NCBI GenBank assembly: GCA_963768305.1
Contig: CAVYHE010000007.1
Span: forward strand, 2,115 to 66,114
Direction of reading: 5' to 3'
Origin: an uncultured bacterium
Lineage (GTDB): Bacteria > Margulisbacteria > WOR-1 > CAVSGV01
DNA: 64,000 nt
In this document: positions 19,580 to 31,101 of the stretch, piece by piece
Numbering within the stretch: the first letter of the stretch is position 1
Layout of the letters: every line of letters begins with the position of its first letter
Position numbers and translations under genes: made by a program
The notes under the pieces: generated by a model
Databases searched by the model: none
The model's input: the letters and a program-made list of their open reading frames with translations, nothing else
What the model was told of the DNA's origin: nothing

Positions 19580-20506
19580 ATGGCGAAGATTTACAGCGAT
19601 ATAACAAAGACAACAGGGAATACTCCTCTTGTAAGGCTTAACCGCATGGCGGAAGGGCTCGGCGCCGAAGTGCTTTTAAAGCTTGAATCCTTCAACCCGC
19701 TTTCAAGCGTAAAGGACAGGATAGGCGTCGCTCTTATCGAGGCCGCCGAAAAAAAAGGTCTGATCAAAAAAGGCACGGTGATCATCGAGCCTACAAGCGG
19801 CAACACCGGGATAGCGCTTGCCTTCGTCGCCGCCGCGAAAGGATACAAGCTTATCCTTACGATGCCGGAAACGATGAGCGTCGAGAGGCGTCAGCTTTTC
19901 AAGATATTCGGCGCGGAGCTTGCGCTGACAGAAGGAGCGAAAGGGATGAGAGGGGCTATCGCGAAAGCGGAAGAACTGGCGAAGTCCATGCCGAACAGCT
20001 TCATCCCCCAGCAGTTCAATAATCCGGCGAATCCGGAGATACACAGGAGAACGACAGCGCTTGAAATATTGAAGGACACGGATAATAAAATAGATTACTT
20101 CGTCGCCGGGGTCGGTACGGGCGGGACGATAACAGGCGTTGGGGAAGTATTGAAGAAAAAGATAAAAAAAGTCAAGGTCATCGCCGTGGAGCCGAAGGAT
20201 TCACCTGTCCTTTCCGGCGGCAAAGCCGGCCCGCACAAGATCCAGGGCATCGGCGCGGGATTTGTGCCGCAGGTCCTGAATAAAAAGATCATCGATGAGA
20301 TAATCCAGGTATCATCGGAAGACGCGGGAAATATCGCAAGGCGGCTTGCGAAAGAAGAAGGCATCTTCGCGGGCATTTCAAGCGGAGCCGCTCTCTGGGC
20401 GGCGTTGGAAGTTGCAAAAAGGCCGGAGGCGAAAGGAAAGCGGATTGTTGTTATAATACCTGATACGGGAGAGCGATATCTGAGCACGTGGCTTTTTCAG
20501 GAGTGA
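19580..20506 (+). CDS. cysK: cysteine synthase A (O-acetylserine sulfhydrylase)
   Basis: 308 aa. Motifs seen: [36 protein letters not shown]. Confidence 0.95.
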   Translation: MAKIYSDITKTTGNTPLVRLNRMAEGLGAEVLLKLESFNPLSSVKDRIGVALIEAAEKKGLIKKGTVIIEPTSGNTGIALAFVAAAKGYKLILTMPETMSVERRQLFKIFGAELALTEGAKGMRGAIAKAEELAKSMPNSFIPQQFNNPANPEIHRRTTALEILKDTDNKIDYFVAGVGTGGTITGVGEVLKKKIKKVKVIAVEPKDSPVLSGGKAGPHKIQGIGAGFVPQVLNKKIIDEIIQVSSEDAGNIARRLAKEEGIFAGISSGAALWAALEVAKRPEAKGKRIVVIIPDTGERYLSTWLFQE

Positions 20507-20513
20507 TCATCTG

Positions 20514-21639
20514 ATGGCGAACAAAAATAAAACGAATGCCGGCAATGCCGGAATATCAAAAATTGAGACTTTCGGGTTCGAAGGCCCGCTTCGCCTTGAA
20601 TCAGGGCAGTCGCTCGGGCCGGTGACGATCGCATATGAAACCTGGGGAAAGCTGAATTCCGAAAAGAGCAACGCGATATTGATCGAGCACGCTTTTTCCG
20701 GCGATTCACACGCCGCGGGACTTTATGAGGGCGAAACCGCTCCCGGCTGGTGGGACGATGTTATCGGTCCGGGCAAAGCTTTTGACACGGATAAATATTT
20801 TGTGATCTGCTCGAATGTGATCGGCGGATGCCGCGGCTCCACAGGCCCGTCATCGATCGATCCTTCCACCGGCAAGCCTTACGGGACAAAATTTCCGATA
20901 GTCACCATCGGCGACATGGTCCAGGCGCAGAAACATTTGATCGACCATCTCGGCATAAAAAAACTTCTTTCCGTCGCCGGCGGCTCCATGGGCGGAATGC
21001 AGGTCCTGGAATGGGCTTCAAAATATCCGGATAGCGTGGCAAGCGCGATACCTATCGCCGCGTCGCTCAAACATTCGCCGCAGCAGATAGCTTTTGACGA
21101 GGTGGGCAGGCAGGCGGTAATGGCCGACCCGAACTGGAACGGCGGAGATTATTACGGCAAGGCATCGCCGGAAAAAGGCCTGGCGGTCGCGAGGATGATC
21201 GGTCACATCACTTACATGAGCAAGAGATTCGATGGAGGAGAAATTCTCAAGGCGGCTTAAGAACGACGACCTCAGCTTTTCATTCAGGGCGGATTTTGAG
21301 GTGGAAGGATATTTGAGGTACCGCGGAGAAAGCTTTGTCAGACGGTTTGACGCCAATTCTTATCTTTATATAACGAAAGCGATGGATTATTTTGACCTGT
21401 CGGGGAATAAATTCTTCGGCGGGCATAAAAATATCGGCACAAAGTTCCTGGTGATAGCCTTTACGTCCGACTGGCTGTATCCTTCCGAGCAGTCGAAGGA
21501 GATCGTGAAACTCTTGAAGAGCCGGAATGTCCCGGTCTCATACTGCGAGATAAAAGCGGATTACGGCCACGATTCTTTCCTTGTGGAAATTGACGAGGAA
21601 GCGCATCTTATAAAGCACTTTCTGAGAGGTTTGTCATGA
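20514..21639 (+). pseudogene. metX: homoserine O-acetyltransferase, one frameshift in this assembly
   Basis: Fragment 20514..21260 contains GGSMGGMQ and ends [10 protein letters not shown]... Fragment 21232..21639 reads [10 protein letters not shown]...FDANSYLYITKAMDYFDL. The frame change lies between about 21215 and 21232. Confidence 0.85.
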
Positions 21640-22224
21640 ACAACGAACGCATTGATATCAAGATCATAACGGAACTTGTAAAGCCGGGTTCCAGGGTCCT
21701 TGACCTTGGCTGCGGCGACGGGGAACTTCTGGCAAAATTGATAAAAGAAAAGCGCGTCATCGGCCAGGGCATAGAGATAGATCCCGACGCGGTGAAGAAA
21801 TGCATAGAGAAAGGCTTGAACGTCACGCAGGAGAACATAGAGAACGGGCTTAACTGGTATCCGGACAATTCATTTGATTATGTGATCCTCAACCAGAGCA
21901 TGCAGCAGGTCCTTCTTGTGGACAAGCTTTTGCGCGAAGCTTTTAAAGTAGGGAAATGTCTGATAGTGGGGTTCCCGAACTTCGCCAACATAAAGTCAAG
22001 GCTGGACATATTCTTTTTCGGAAGGACGCCTATCACGAAGTCCCTGCCACATCAGTGGTATGACACGCCGAACGTGCATTTCCTCACGATCAATGATTTC
22101 AAGGGATACTGCGCGAGGAACGGATATAATATCCTGGCTGCCAGATATCGGAACAAGCGGAGAAATAAAATTTTGGCCGAACCTATTCGCGATAGACGGG
22201 ATATTCCTCATCGAAAAAGCCTGA
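21636..22224 (+). pseudogene. metW: methionine biosynthesis protein MetW, C-terminal frameshift in this assembly
   Basis: The body contains VLDLGCGDGELL and looks MetW-like. After about 22150 the alternative frame reads IGTSGEIKFWPNLFAIDGIFLIEKA and stops at 22222-22224. That looks like the native C-terminus, unlike the track ORF tail. Confidence 0.75.
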
Positions 22225-22228
22225 CTCC

Positions 22229-23772
<1,544 letters not shown>

Positions 23773-23781
23773 TGTTTACAC

Positions 23782-25066
23782 CTAAAAAAAGTTCAGGTAT
23801 AGCATCAGGCCCGACACAGCGGTGAAAGAGATGATCGTCACCCAGGAGATAATATTCTGAATAGGGGAATTGATATGGACTCCCATCAATTTTTTGTCGT
23901 TTATCATCTTTAAAATGACGAAGAATATAAGCGGCAGAAGCACCGTGTTCAATGCCTGCGACGCGGTAAGTATGAATACCATCGGCAGGCGGGAATCAAG
24001 ACCAGCAGCGTGCAGGCGAAAATGCAGAAACCGACTATGGAATAGAACAACGGCGCATCCTTGAATCCCGCGTTTATTCTTCTCTCCATGCCGATGACCT
24101 CCGCCACCGCATAGGCCGTTGAAAGGGAGATAATGCTAGCTCCGAGAAGCGAAGCGTTAAGAAGGCCCCACGCGAAAAGATGCTTTGAAAAATCCCCGAG
24201 CAGCGGGCCCAAGCGCGAGAGCGGCATCCACGGCAGTATTTATCCTTATATGATGAACAAATAATGTCGCCGCGGCGGAAATGATCATGAAATAAGAGCC
24301 TACGTCCGTCCAGATCGCGCCGAAGAACACATCCAGTTTCGCGCTGTTCAGATGCTTCTTGGAAACGCCTTTGTCAACGAAATATGACTGGACGAAGAAC
24401 TGCCCCCAAACGGTCAAAGTCGTTCCTATCAAAGCCGCCGCGGTGAACATGTATTCCTTGTTCATCTCGATGGTCGGGATAATGCTTCCTCTTATCATCT
24501 GGTGAATATCGGGTTTCGCGATAAAACCGTTGATGATATAAGCGAAGAACAACAAGCATGATGTCATGAAAACGTTCTGGACGATATTGAAATTCCCTTT
24601 TACGATGAGATACCAGATAAAGATCGCAAGATCGGGACGAACATTAATCGTGATATATGATATATGTCAGCTACGGATGCGACGCCCGCCATATCGGCGA
24701 GAACGTTGGAGAAATTGACGACGAAGACCAGGCATATCAGGTAAAACGCTTGTCTAATTCCCAGCCGTTCCCGTATAAGGTCTCCCAGCCCCTGCCCTGT
24801 CACCACGCCAACCTGGCGCCCATTTCCTGGGTAACATAAAGCATGAAGGTTATGACGATAAGGATCCACAGCATTTTGTAGCCGAAGTGCGCGCCCACGA
24901 CGCTGTAAGTGGTTATTCCGCCGGCGTCATTGTCGGCCGTTCCCGTGATTATCCCCGGCCCGACGACAGAGAGGAACATCAGTAGCCGCAGCTTCCAGAT
25001 GCTCGTGTTCTTTCCGAATATTTTTGAAATATGGGCATGACTTAAATATTTTAGCACAAAAGGCAT
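23782..25066 (-). pseudogene. mntH: NRAMP-family divalent metal transporter, at least 4 frame changes
   Basis: The fragments 24800..25066 (GPGIITGTADNDAGGITTYS), 24600..24869, 24157..24567, 23949..24227 and 23782..23982 tile an NRAMP protein. Confidence 0.8.
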
Positions 25067-25377
25067 TTTTTCTTCGTACTTTCTTTATCTTGATGGAGAG
25101 AAAGTGATAAAAGAAAGGTTAGACGTTTTCGATGACTTGGCTTAGCGCAGCGCCAAAGTGTCTTTTGAAGTCGGTAAACGTATTAGAAAACCGGTTGACT
25201 TAGCGTAAAGGACCGAGTTTTCCTATTTAAACTCATGTAACCCGAAAGGATAAAAGAGAGATTCAAGCTTGTCAGGCATTTTGTCTGATCCCGAACGACG
25301 GTGATCGAATCAGAACCTGAAAGTCATGCGAATCAAGACCGTAGAGGTCTCCGGGGGTGGCGTTCCGGCGTTCTTTG

Positions 25378-25409
25378 CTTACTTTCTTTCACTGCAGAAA
25401 GAAAGTAAG
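25378..25409. repeat. perfect 13-bp inverted repeat with a 6-nt loop in the long mntH upstream region
   Basis: CTTACTTTCTTTC-ACTGCA-GAAAGAAAGTAAG. There is no flanking T-run on either strand. Confidence 0.8.
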
Positions 25410-25491
25410 AGCGATGAGAAGAAGAAACTTAAAGAAAAGCTAAACATTAACCACGGAGAGCGAGAGCCCTATCGTAACGAATATTGGATTC

Positions 25492-25831
25492 TTATTTAAC
25501 GCACTTCTCGATAAAGCCTTTGAGCTTGGGCTCGTTCAGCCCCACATGAGGCACAGCATCTAATTTTTTATCCGGTTTTCCGTTCTTGAAATATACCACC
25601 GTCGGATAATACTCAATCCCGTATTTTTCATCCAGCTCTTCATTATCATCGACAAGTATTCTCCTGATAGCATTGTGTATTTTTATTGGCGGTCTCGATG
25701 AACTTGGGCAAAAATGCCTGCGAGTACGGGCACCATGACGCGTAAAAAAGGACGAAAAGCTCTTTCTTTTCTTTTAATGCCTTTTCAAGATCTTCTTCCG
25801 AGTTTAAAAGCTCGCATTTATCCGGAGCCAT
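25492..25831 (-). pseudogene. thioredoxin-fold protein, one frameshift in this assembly
   Basis: The N-terminal fragment has FYASWCPYSQ (CxxS/C-type active site). After about 25665 the other frame continues IRRILVDDNEELDEKYGIEYYPTVVYFKNGK...KCVK and then stops. Confidence 0.7.
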
Positions 25832-25849
25832 ATTATTTTTTCCCTTTAT

Positions 25850-26548
25850 TTATCGACTCGTCTCCGTCATTGAATCTCGTCTTAATATGCGCGCCGTCGC
25901 AGAACGGCTTTTGCTTGGACTCCCGCATCGGCAAAGATTCATACGATTCCTGACTTCATATTGATATCCATCTGATGATTCGATAGGGATGCCGCCTTTC
26001 AGCCATATCGGTCCGCTAACATTATGTTTCGTGTCCTCTATCAGCGAGATCGACTTTTCAAACTCCGGCTCTATCGGCTGGTTCAATTCTTTATCCCACG
26101 CGACCAGCCGCCCGGACGGGCAATTGCACGCTTCTTCGATCGCCAAGTTTTTTGTTCGCGGGAACATCGGACTTTTCCGTCAGCGTCCAGGCGTCCCCTC
26201 CCCTGTGGCAGAACATCGCGATAGAGCAGTAGCATTCCGCGTCATAAAGGTCCAGGCCGGGCCCGGGATTTTTTTCCGCAAGCTCCATGAAGCTCTTTCG
26301 TTTCGCGGTCTCGTCCCCGTGAAAGCCTTGATTGCGTGAGTTGCATCGCAGAAAGGCTTATTCGATGAATTGCCGCACCGGCAGAGATTGTATGTTTCTT
26401 TCACGGGAAATGATCCGGTTTTTTCCCATTTTTCGGGAATGCCTTCGTTGTCCATGACCATTATTTCTTTTTCAAGAGGCGGGCCGCCGGAAACCATATA
26501 CGGGCCGTCTTTTAAAACCTTGACTTTCGGGTTTGTATCCTTTGCCAT
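25850..26548 (-). pseudogene. CDGSH-type iron-sulfur domain protein with central divergent 4Fe-4S region, 2 frame changes
   Basis: CRCGNSSNKPFCDATH is a CDGSH-like motif, and a second one (CRCG...) is disrupted. The middle fragment reads YDAECYCSIAMFCHRGGDAW. The three overlapping ORF fragments are 26180..26548, 26091..26288 and 25850..26167. Confidence 0.65.
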
Positions 26549-26573
26549 TTGATCGACCCTCTTTCAAATTTCA

Positions 26574-27055
26574 CTAAAAATTCTTGATAAGGAAATCCCC
26601 GGCAATATTGCTCAGCGCGATAACGGCGACCGCTATCAGCAGGTGCATTGCAATGGAAGAAGACGGGTCTGTTCCGTCATGCGCCGCAATAAAGTAGCTT
26701 ATTATGGCAAGAAGGAACAGCCCCCATATAATCGAAGTGATCAATGCGGCATTCAGCGGCATAAGCATCAGCAAGGCAACGAAGCTCAGAGAAACGATCA
26801 CTCTTGAGAAAAATTCATTAAAGTAGATGTCCAAACTTCTTTCTTGTCTGTCTTTTCGGATTCGCTGAAAATATGTATGCCAAAGGAATCGGAAATATTG
26901 TCGGCGAACGCGATTATAAGTATCCCGCCGATGATGCTGCCCTTGGCGTGCGGCCCGGAATGAAGTCCCGCCATCAATCCGAGATTCGTTATTATCGCTG
27001 ACGTGGACCCGAAACTGACCCTGGTGAGATGGCTTTTGAGCGTTCTCGCGAACAT
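26574..27055 (-). pseudogene. VIT1/CCC1-family Fe/Mn transporter, one frameshift in this assembly
   Basis: The N-terminal part is 26798..27055 (GSTSAIITNLGLMAGL...AFADNISDSFG). The C-terminal TM part lies in the frame of 26574..27065. Confidence 0.65.
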
Positions 27056-27186
27056 TTCTAATCATTATGATACGTATTATACAGTTTTAATTGTTAAATC
27101 GCAAAACAAAAGCCGGAGACTATTTTTCAAGCCTCCGGCTTTGTTCAATTACGATCGAAATTACATTACTTTGCCGCGGGAGCAGT

Positions 27187-27378
27187 CTAAGTGGAGCCGT
27201 CTTGTGAGCTAGGTTTTACGTTAACTTTTTTTACAACTTTCTTAACCCTTTTTACCTTTACCACTTTTGTGGCTTCCATAGAAGCGCCTTTGATCGGGGC
27301 TTTAACGCCGGCCATCGCCGCCATTGACATCGCGCTGACACAGAATGCGATCAAGACCAAACAGCTTATCTTTTTCAT
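27187..27378 (-). CDS. small exported lysine-rich protein
   Basis: 63 aa with a GGAGGTG RBS. The signal peptide is MKKISCLVLIAFCVSAMSMAAMA, followed by KVVKVKRVKKVVKKVNVK. Confidence 0.5.
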   Translation of the reverse strand: MKKISCLVLIAFCVSAMSMAAMAGVKAPIKGASMEATKVVKVKRVKKVVKKVNVKPSSQDGST

Positions 27379-27575
27379 TGATTAATTCACCTCCCTTGTT
27401 TTTACTTTGCTATAGCTTTGTGAAATTTGTAGCAGTAAAAACTCACTAATCGTGAAGAATAATATCATATGGCAATAAAATATTGATTAACCGTGGATTA
27501 ATGTTTGATGAGAGTTTTTCATATCAACGTAATATTTTGCTTTTTTGCCGCGTGCAAGTTGATATAATACTGACC

Positions 27576-28253
27576 GTGAAGATACTCGTTATAGAAGATG
27601 AGAAAAACATCGCGAACTTCGTAAAAGACGGCCTTAAGAGCGAGGGCTACGCGGTGGACGTTTCTCTTAACGGCGAAGAAGGTTTTTACAAGGCCGAAGA
27701 GTATGAATACGACCTTATAATTTTGGACATTATGCTTCCGGGAATGGATGGGATAGAGATAACGAAAAAGCTGCGCGCTGCCGGAAAAACCGTCCCGATA
27801 TTGATCCTTAGCGCACGCGACGCGGTGGAAGACAGGGTAAAGGGACTGAACGCCGGAGCAGATGATTACCTTGTTAAGCCGTTCTCTTTTGATGAGCTTC
27901 TTGCGAGAGTGCATGCAAAGCTTAGAAGACCAAGAACAAAAGGGACGGCAACAAAACTTAAGGTCGGCGACCTGGTAATTGACCATGATACCAGGGAGGT
28001 AATAAGAGGCGGCAAAAAGATCCCTCTTTCAGCCACGGAATTCAAGCTCGTAACTTATCTGGCGGAAAATACCAAAAGGGTGGTTTCAAGGTCCATGATA
28101 CTTGAAAATATCTGGGGCTATGATTTCAGCCCTGAAAGCAATATTGTAGAGGTCTATATTAAATATCTCAGGGATAAGGTGGACAAAGGGTTTAAAAAGC
28201 CGTTGATCCAAACTGTCCACGGCGCGGGGTACCGTCTGTGCGTCCCAGACTGA
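27576..28253 (+). CDS. OmpR-family response regulator
   Basis: VKILVIEDEKNI...DLIILDIMLPGMDG...KPF plus a winged-helix C-terminus (VHGAGYRL). I chose the GTG at 27576. TGaTATAAT ends 7 nt upstream, so the mRNA may be leaderless. Confidence 0.85.
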   Translation: MKILVIEDEKNIANFVKDGLKSEGYAVDVSLNGEEGFYKAEEYEYDLIILDIMLPGMDGIEITKKLRAAGKTVPILILSARDAVEDRVKGLNAGADDYLVKPFSFDELLARVHAKLRRPRTKGTATKLKVGDLVIDHDTREVIRGGKKIPLSATEFKLVTYLAENTKRVVSRSMILENIWGYDFSPESNIVEVYIKYLRDKVDKGFKKPLIQTVHGAGYRLCVPD

Positions 28254-29450
28254 TCCATGGCATAACGTTCCTAATAATCTCGCTGATAGTCCTTCTGGCA
28301 AATTTCGGCCTTTACATAACAATATCAAGATCGCTCCAGGAGAGCACGGAGCTTCGCCTGGAGAATTATTCCGACGATATCCTTGTGAACATTCTGGAGG
28401 ATCCCGCGAAATTCAAGGAATATCCGAAAGCGTTCGTTCTCCCCTCCGCGAACAAGGAATTCGCTTCAAGCGGGATAATGCTGCAGATAATGGACGGCAG
28501 CGGGAAACTTCTTGCCCGTTCACCTCATCTGCGGTTCAACGCGCTTCCATTCAGGAACAATGAGGATGATGTCATACAGGACATAAAATTCATAAGCGGC
28601 TCGGAGATAAAGACATACCAGCAGAAGATAATGGACAATGACATTCTTTTGGGATACCTTATCGTCGGTGTTTCCACCTCACAGCTTAACAGCCAGCTTG
28701 TATTGATAAGGGGATTTTTGATCTTCGGCGCTATTCTGATGATAGCACTTTTATGGCTGGGCCTTTCCGCTGTTTATGCGAGAAGCATGCTTGAAAACCA
28801 GAGGAAATTCCTCGGCTTTGCTTCTCATGAGCTCCGGACGCCGCTTGCCGTGATAAACGGCACAGCAGACGTTGCCCTTAGGACCGATGATCCGAAGGGA
28901 CAGTACCGCTCACTGGTCGCCATAAAGGAAGAAACAGGAGCAATGATAATGATGGTCCAGAACATGCTGACGATGTTCAGGAACGAGAGCGGCACGGAAA
29001 AAATAATGAAAACGGATTTCAACCTCGCGGAGCTTGCGGCAGAAGCCGTTTCACTTATAAAGAAAAGATATCCGGACAGGAATTTCGTGCTTAACCTGCC
29101 GGCTGAAGCGGTCATGAGGGCCGATCCAGTGCAGATAACCAAGATATTGAATAATCTTCTGGATAATGCCGCAAAGAACACGCCGGCCGGGGGACGCATA
29201 GCCCTGAACGTGCGATCTTCCGGAAATATGATGATCATGGAAGTCAAAGATAACGGTAAGGGAATTGAAAGATCAGCGCAAAAAAATATATTCGATGCTT
29301 ATTACAGCTCCGGGGACGCTCGAAAGCAAAAGCATAGGGCTGGGACTTGCGATAGTAAAATGGGCGGTAAAAGCGCACAAGGGAAAGATTTATTTGAAGT
29401 CTGAACCCGGGAAAGGATCGGTATTCACTGTGGAACTGCCGAAGAGATGA
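28238..29450 (+). pseudogene. sensor histidine kinase, one frameshift near the G-boxes in this assembly
   Basis: H-box FASHELRTPL and N-box LLDNAAKNTP are present. The frame changes at about 29305 (..IFDAYY / [18 protein letters not shown]...[13 protein letters not shown] from ORF 29265..29450). Confidence 0.85.
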
Positions 29451-29488
29451 TTTATATTGAACCTGCGACTGAAGCCGCGGTTCCAAGT

Positions 29489-29683
29489 TTATTCTACTCT
29501 TATAACTTTGACCGGGCAGCTTTTAGCAACTTCCCTGATCTTTGCCTCATACTTATTAAGGTCGACTCCATTTTTCACTTTTGCCGTGTCCGGCATCTCG
29601 AATACTTCCGGACATGTTTGCTCGCACAATGCGCATGAAATGCAGCCGTCTTCGATGGTCACTTTTTTAATAGCCATGGGCAT
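29489..29683 (-). CDS. small 4Fe-4S ferredoxin
   Basis: 64 aa. CISCALCEQTCP...SCP is a ferredoxin-type Cys pattern. It is the last gene of the oxidoreductase operon. Confidence 0.75.
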   Translation of the reverse strand: MPMAIKKVTIEDGCISCALCEQTCPEVFEMPDTAKVKNGVDLNKYEAKIREVAKSCPVKVIRVE

Positions 29684-29689
29684 GCCCCC

Positions 29690-30553
29690 TTATATTGTTT
29701 TTGATTTTATCAGATCCGACAATTTTCCTTTGTTAATTTCGCGTTGATAAAGAGGCCTTTTATCATCCTCATATGCTGCCAGCGCTTCCTCAAAAATGGT
29801 CTTGTCGGCATTGATGTAAAAAATACCCAGCGGCAGCCTGTCGGATTCGATCGATCTCTTGAACGCCGCCATCCTGTCGCCCGGATCGTGGGAATTCTCC
29901 AGATAATAAGTGTTGTCCTTGAACCATTTAAAGGTGTTAATTTTGTTGAAAGAAACGCACGGCTGAAATATATCCACCAGCGCGAAGCCCTTGTGCTGTA
30001 TGGCTTTTTTTATTATCTCTTTAGTTTGCTCGATGTCTCCGCTGAAAGCGCGCGCCACAAAAGATGCGTCAAGCGCTATAGCCATCGATATAGGATTAAA
30101 AGGCATCTCGGAAACGCCGTTCACCTGGACCGGCGTCCTGAATCCGCACTGGCTTGTGGGGGATGCCTGGCCTTTGGTAAGCCCATATACCATATTATTA
30201 TGTACTATGCAGTTTATGTCCGGGTTCCTTCTGATGGCATGGGTAAAATGATTTCCGCCCTCCCCGTACATGTCGCCGTCCCCGCCCTCAGCAATGACCG
30301 TCAGGCCCGGATTTGCAGCTTTTATTGCGGTCGCGGGCGGAATCGCGCGCCCGTGAAGACCGTTAAAGAAATTGCATTTAAGATAATGCGGCGTCTTTCC
30401 CGCCTGCCCTATTCCCGAAGCAATCACCAGATCCTGCGGTTTTACTTTCAGTTCGGAAAGCGCTTCCTTGAGAGCGTTAAGTATCCCGAAATTCCCGCAT
30501 CCCGGGCACCATGCTGTTTCAATATTTTCGTTATTAAAATTTTCGACAGGCAT
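29690..30553 (-). CDS. 2-oxoacid:ferredoxin oxidoreductase beta (TPP-binding) subunit
   Basis: 287 aa. Motifs seen: [11 protein letters not shown] and [13 protein letters not shown]. Confidence 0.9.
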   Translation of the reverse strand: MPVENFNNENIETAWCPGCGNFGILNALKEALSELKVKPQDLVIASGIGQAGKTPHYLKCNFFNGLHGRAIPPATAIKAANPGLTVIAEGGDGDMYGEGGNHFTHAIRRNPDINCIVHNNMVYGLTKGQASPTSQCGFRTPVQVNGVSEMPFNPISMAIALDASFVARAFSGDIEQTKEIIKKAIQHKGFALVDIFQPCVSFNKINTFKWFKDNTYYLENSHDPGDRMAAFKRSIESDRLPLGIFYINADKTIFEEALAAYEDDKRPLYQREINKGKLSDLIKSKTI

Positions 30554-31095
30554 TATTTTAAGGCAACCTCCAGATCCTTGATCATTTTACCGTATTTTTC
30601 GTGTATAAGGTTCATGTCGAACCGCCGCATTTCATCAAGCATGTTATTTTTTTCTTCCGGCTGGAAATAATCCATCACGGGAATAAAGAACCGCTTATCT
30701 TCTTTTTCAATATGCCGGGGATACAGGTCTATCAGCTTGTTCAATTGAACTTTTATGTCGCCCACCGCGCTTTTTGAACCCTTCAGGTATTCGACCCTTG
30801 CTTTTACCAGCTTGCCTACGGTTTCACGCGCATAAACATGTTCTTTCATAAGTTCATCAAGGATTTTTCTGTGCTCCGGCTTGAGATCTTTCTTTTCCAA
30901 CGCCTTGAAAAGAATATCCTCTTCCTTGCCGTGATGGCAGCGGTCAGCATATGTCCTGAAAAAATCGACGATCGATAGGATAAATTCACAATCGGCCGAA
31001 TTTTCTTTATCGATCCTTTTCAATTCTTTTTTCATAAGCGGCACCGCCCGCTCAATGAGCCTGTGTTCTATCATTAACGGTCCTATAGGCATCAT
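30553..31095 (-). CDS. hemerythrin (HHE cation-binding) domain protein
   Basis: 180 aa. His/Glu ligand pattern: [26 protein letters not shown]. Its TAA overlaps the beta-subunit ATG (TAATG). Confidence 0.8.
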   Translation of the reverse strand: MMPIGPLMIEHRLIERAVPLMKKELKRIDKENSADCEFILSIVDFFRTYADRCHHGKEEDILFKALEKKDLKPEHRKILDELMKEHVYARETVGKLVKARVEYLKGSKSAVGDIKVQLNKLIDLYPRHIEKEDKRFFIPVMDYFQPEEKNNMLDEMRRFDMNLIHEKYGKMIKDLEVALK

Positions 31096-31101
31096 GTTTA
31101 T

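Noticed and set aside
25067-25491. c-di-AMP (ydaO-type) riboswitch, tmRNA, RNase P RNA or SRP RNA in the long mntH upstream region.
   Set aside because: Only loose fragments resemble ydaO blocks (CCCGAA, GGTGA..GAATC). They lie on the strand opposite to mntH with no downstream gene. None of the universally conserved tmRNA, RNase P or SRP sequence blocks are present.
27483-27575. N-terminal extension of the response-regulator ORF (MINRGLMFDESFSYQRN...).
   Set aside because: OmpR-type receivers begin at (M/V)KILVIEDE. The extension covers the promoter (TGaTATAAT) itself.
29744-30670. 308-aa + strand ORF, and similar long antisense ORFs (for example 9972-10664, 15363-15950, 41223-42044, 47861-48490, 6447-7073).
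   Set aside because: Each lies opposite a gene with unambiguous family motifs and has low-complexity, Arg/Ser/Pro-rich or otherwise atypical composition. They are shadow ORFs.
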